Positions 61,202 through 64,000 of a stretch of 64,000 nucleotides of DNA are shown in pieces. Within the stretch, counting starts at the first letter, position 1; the number at the start of each line of letters is the position of its first letter. Below the pieces are notes generated by a model. It did not search any database. It was not told where the DNA came from and was given only the letters and a program-made list of their open reading frames with translations. The stretch spans positions 273,581-337,580 of the forward strand of contig JAJYLD010000001.1 in assembly GCA_021788015.1 (NCBI GenBank), written 5' to 3'. Made by a program: the position numbers and the translations under genes. Source of the DNA: a bacterium (GTDB lineage: Bacteria; Patescibacteriota; Patescibacteriia; Patescibacteriales; JAKAJF01).

Positions 61202-61220
61202 TTAATGTTAATAACATTAA
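61202..61220. promoter_or_regulatory. 19-bp perfect palindrome, Fur/Zur-box-like, upstream of ZIP transporter
   Basis: TTAATGTTA-A-TAACATTAA. Confidence 0.45.
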
Positions 61221-61260
61221 AACAACAATCTAGCAATATGGCAATTTAGCAATTTTTATT

Positions 61261-62031
61261 TTGCGGCATTCGCATGTATTTGCGATTTGCATTATGATGT
61301 TTTCGATTATGGCAATCCTTTTTTCATTGGCGACTTTTTTTTCCACCCTCTTCGGCGGACTGTTCGCCGAGAGATTTAAAAATAAGCTTTATTCGATCAT
61401 GGCGTTCGCGGCCGGAGTTTTGCTCGGTGTCGTCAGTTTCGATATTTTTCCGGAAATAATCGAACAAATAAAAATAAACGATTTCAATCCGACTGAAATC
61501 ATGATCGCTTTGGTCCTCGGCTTCATGCTTTTTCATTTTTTGGAAAAAGCGGTTCTTATTCATCATGCCCATGAATGCGATTATGTCGAACACAAACATC
61601 CGGAAGTCGGCGTTCTTTCCGCCTTGGCGTTGGCCGGCCACAGTTTTATGGACGGTGTCGGCATCGGGCTCGGTTTTCAGGTGAACGCGGCCATTGGCAT
61701 ATTGGTCGCCATCGCCGTCATCGCCCATGATTTTACCGACGGCATGAACACGTTCACTTTGATGTTCGTAAATAAAAACAGCGAGAAAAAATCGCTCGCG
61801 TTTTTGCTTCTTGATTCAATCACTCCCCTTCTTGGCGCGACCTCGACTTTATTTTTTAAAGTTTCACCGCATTTTCTCGTTTTATATCTCGGTTTCTTCG
61901 CCGGCTTTTTGCTTTATATCGGAGCGAGTGACATCTTGCCCGAAGCGCACAGCCAGCACAGTTCGTTCAAACTTATCGGTTTAACCGCTTTGGGACTTCT
62001 CTTTATTTTTGTTGTGACAAGGTTTGTTTAA
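61261..62031 (+). CDS. ZIP-family divalent metal (zinc) transporter
   Basis: Eight-TM profile with GHSFMDGVGIG and IAHDFTDGM motifs. The start is uncertain (TTG 61261 or ATG 61294). Confidence 0.75.
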   Translation: MRHSHVFAICIMMFSIMAILFSLATFFSTLFGGLFAERFKNKLYSIMAFAAGVLLGVVSFDIFPEIIEQIKINDFNPTEIMIALVLGFMLFHFLEKAVLIHHAHECDYVEHKHPEVGVLSALALAGHSFMDGVGIGLGFQVNAAIGILVAIAVIAHDFTDGMNTFTLMFVNKNSEKKSLAFLLLDSITPLLGATSTLFFKVSPHFLVLYLGFFAGFLLYIGASDILPEAHSQHSSFKLIGLTALGLLFIFVVTRFV

Positions 62032-62037
62032 AAAAAT

Positions 62038-62454
62038 ATGGAAGATCCAAAACTTCAAAAAAAGCTTTTACAATTCATTCAAGATTTTAATGACAGAAAA
62101 CTCGAGGTCACCGATATTGATGGCAAAACAGAAGGAATTGAACCATACAAAGAAGGAATTGGTCACAGAAATTATATTGGAATATGGATAGAATTGTGGA
62201 GCAAGAAAAAGAGAATTAATAAAGATGATCTTGAAGAAAATTTAAGATTACTGGACGAGGATGGAAAAATTAAAGCAAAACCAAAAGGATCATCATATTT
62301 AGACACTGACGCGCCAATTTTTCTTACTAGCAAAGGCTTTTCCGAATTATCTATATTTAAAAAATATCCTTTAGTAACAAGTCTTGGTGTCGCTGCAGCT
62401 ATAGCAACAATTATCCAGACAATTATTACGATATGGGATCATTTATTTTGTTGA
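62038..62454 (+). CDS. hypothetical protein with C-terminal TM anchor
   Basis: 138 aa with a tail-anchor LVTSLGVAAAIATIIQTIITIW. Confidence 0.5.
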   Translation: MEDPKLQKKLLQFIQDFNDRKLEVTDIDGKTEGIEPYKEGIGHRNYIGIWIELWSKKKRINKDDLEENLRLLDEDGKIKAKPKGSSYLDTDAPIFLTSKGFSELSIFKKYPLVTSLGVAAAIATIIQTIITIWDHLFC

Positions 62455-62556
62455 GTTAAAAGGTAAATTTGACATCAAAATAATCCCGTGTTAAGATTTT
62501 GCATTCGCACTTTTGTAATTTATCTAAAAACAAACCCCTAAAGGAGGAGCTGAACA

Positions 62557-62865
62557 ATGAAGGAAAAAATTGATTGCACTGTTAGGGATATGGAGGTCGA
62601 GATAAAAAGGCTCTTAAAACAGCCCATATCGGAAGCGGACAGCGAAGGAGAGCCCATAGAAATAATAGAGCTCAAAAATTTACTAAAGAAAAGGTTTGAA
62701 TTTTCAAATGAAGAGCTCTGCGAGGCTCTGAATAATTTAGGCTGGCATGATAATATTATTAGAATTTTCTTTAAAATTGAGGATGTTGGCGAAGAATTAA
62801 ATAGTGACCCAACAATCCTTCTGACTATTGATAAAATCGCTCTCGTTCATAAGCCAAAAGCGTAA
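62557..62865 (+). CDS. orphan hypothetical protein (102 aa) with strong SD
   Basis: TTGACA, 17 nt, TAAGAT promoter; AAAGGAGGAG 7 nt upstream of the ATG; own terminator. Confidence 0.55.
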   Translation: MKEKIDCTVRDMEVEIKRLLKQPISEADSEGEPIEIIELKNLLKKRFEFSNEELCEALNNLGWHDNIIRIFFKIEDVGEELNSDPTILLTIDKIALVHKPKA

Positions 62866-62897
62866 ATCGTCAAATGTAAAAATGACGATTTTTTTAT
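62865..62897 (+). terminator. rho-independent terminator
   Basis: AATCGTCA aatgtaaaaa TGACGATT TTTTT. Confidence 0.8.
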
Positions 62898-62942
62898 TTT
62901 TCGGCCTTAACAGAGTTTTCTGCTCAGGGACTCTAATGGAAC

Positions 62943-63084
62943 ATAAATAAATCTAAAAACTCAAATTTCAAATGTAAAAACTGAAACGCAAAACTTAAAA
63001 CTGAAGTTTGATATCGGACTCCGGGTTTTTAGTTTTAGGTTGTGGTTTTGAGTTTTGCGTTTTGAGATAACCGGATTTATTTAT
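62943..63084. repeat. AT-rich word-arm hairpin (family 4-like variant)
   Basis: ataaataaatctaaaaactcaaa...aaaactgaaacgcaaaac / gttttgagttttgcgttttgag...ggatttatttat. Confidence 0.6.
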
Positions 63085-63178
63085 CTGATTTTTTCCGAAT
63101 GAGCTTGTTAATTATGGGTTGTTTTACAAACCACCCCAAATATGCTATACTCTATGCACAAATTTTTAGAGTAAGTAT

Positions 63179-63628
63179 ATGCATTTTAATTCTAAAACCA
63201 AAAACCACAATAAACAAAAAGCGGTCTTTCGGGGCCGCTTTTTAAATTTAAAAAAGAAAATCTTATCCGCAACCGTTTTGATTCTCGTGTCATTTTTAGT
63301 TTATCAAAATGCTTTCGCTCTCACCAGTCAGGAACTATGGGGATACAGGCAGGGCGAATTCCAGGCCATCACCGGATTGGGCAACGCCGACCCGATTACG
63401 ATCGCCGCCGCCTTGATTCGAGTATTCTTGGGGTTTTTGGGAATAATCGCCGTTCTTATGTTTATTTTGGCCGGATTCAAATGGATGCTTTCCGGAGGCG
63501 ACGAGGATAAAGCCTCCGAGGCGAAAAAAATGCTCATAAGCGCGATCGTCGGCCTGATTATAATTTTAGCCTCATACGCCATAGTGCAGTTCATCATAAA
63601 CACTTTTTTGACCGCCACGGGAGGATAA
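63179..63628 (+). CDS. small membrane protein resembling TrbC/VirB2-type (type IV secretion) pilins
   Basis: Signal-like TM, then two TM helices around FKWMLSGGDEDKASEAKKMLISAIVGLIIILASY. The assignment is by pattern only. Confidence 0.5.
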   Translation: MHFNSKTKNHNKQKAVFRGRFLNLKKKILSATVLILVSFLVYQNAFALTSQELWGYRQGEFQAITGLGNADPITIAAALIRVFLGFLGIIAVLMFILAGFKWMLSGGDEDKASEAKKMLISAIVGLIIILASYAIVQFIINTFLTATGG

Positions 63629-63788
63629 GGTTCGTCGTAACGCCGCAAAGCACAGTTTTAAAAAAAACAAACACGCGAAGTCATAAAATTTTGTAACTTT
63701 TAATTTATAATTTTTAAATAATAACCAAATTTTTAATTTTAAAATATCATTTCTCCAAAGTTTAAAAATTGGAAATTAAATTATTTTA

Positions 63789-64000
63789 ATGTTAAACCAA
63801 ACATCAAACGAAGCGAATGAAATGCCGGCTATTATCCTGCAAAAAGCGATAATTTTTCCGACGGAAAAAGTGCCTTTGGTTTTGGAAGGAAAAGAAAATG
63901 TCGAAACACTCAATTCCGCCCTCGGTTTAAACCGGCAAATCCTGATCGCTTTCCAAAAAAATTCCGAAAGAAGCGATATCGGGGTCGTCGCGCGAATTCT
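63789..64000 (+). CDS. lon: Lon protease, N-terminal fragment (3' end outside window)
   Basis: MPAIILQKAIIFPTEKVPLVLEGKENVETL resembles the start of the LON substrate-binding domain. The ORF is open to the window end. Confidence 0.6.
   Translation, partial: MLNQTSNEANEMPAIILQKAIIFPTEKVPLVLEGKENVETLNSALGLNRQILIAFQKNSERSDIGVVARI

Overview
This is a 64-kb window from an AT-rich, gene-dense bacterium. Gene content and protein quirks look like a reduced-genome Patescibacteria/CPR-type organism; that placement is inference only, since no rRNA is in the window. The backbone is housekeeping. It starts with the alaS 3' end and the infA-rpmJ-rpsM-rpsK-rpsD-rpoA-rplQ-rplM-rpsI operon. A surface-glycan block follows (flippase, GT1, GT2, three ABC-2 permeases plus ATPase, O-antigen-ligase-like). 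Next come greA, a lysS-HD fusion, a nucleotide-sanitation trio and serS. The rest includes a peptidoglycan block (murF-like, ddl, aminotransferase, truncated Mur-ligase paralogue, ftsQ-like), gltX, clpB behind a perfect CIRCE operator, def-fmt, a DEAD-box helicase, lexA, uppP, a sigma factor, envelope enzymes, a ZIP transporter and the lon 5' end. Two tRNAs are present (Glu-CUC, Gln-UUG). I found no rRNA, CRISPR array, transposase, integrase or recognisable defence gene. The unusual content is mostly non-coding or small. (1) A ~121-nt palindromic element occurs at four loci, always butted against a start codon, and seems to split an ATG and supply a new one. (2) At least five other hairpin/MITE-like families fill almost every intergenic spacer, including all spacers of the ribosomal operon. 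(3) lexA and a neighbouring three-gene operon of unknown function share a 20-nt operator-like motif, with a divergent frameshifted gene between them. (4) A 2.7-kb four-gene cofactor-type module is bracketed by ~33-nt direct repeats that duplicate a gene's 3' end. (5) A promoter-to-terminator sRNA candidate lies beside tRNA-Glu. (6) A small set of orphan genes carries strong Shine-Dalgarno sites in a genome whose core genes lack them. (7) There are several unusual protein architectures: RpoA without an alpha-CTD but with an AT-hook-like tail, LysRS-HD, TagA-NUDIX, and a membrane-anchored MurF-like protein. All functional calls rest on motifs read by eye; no database search was possible.
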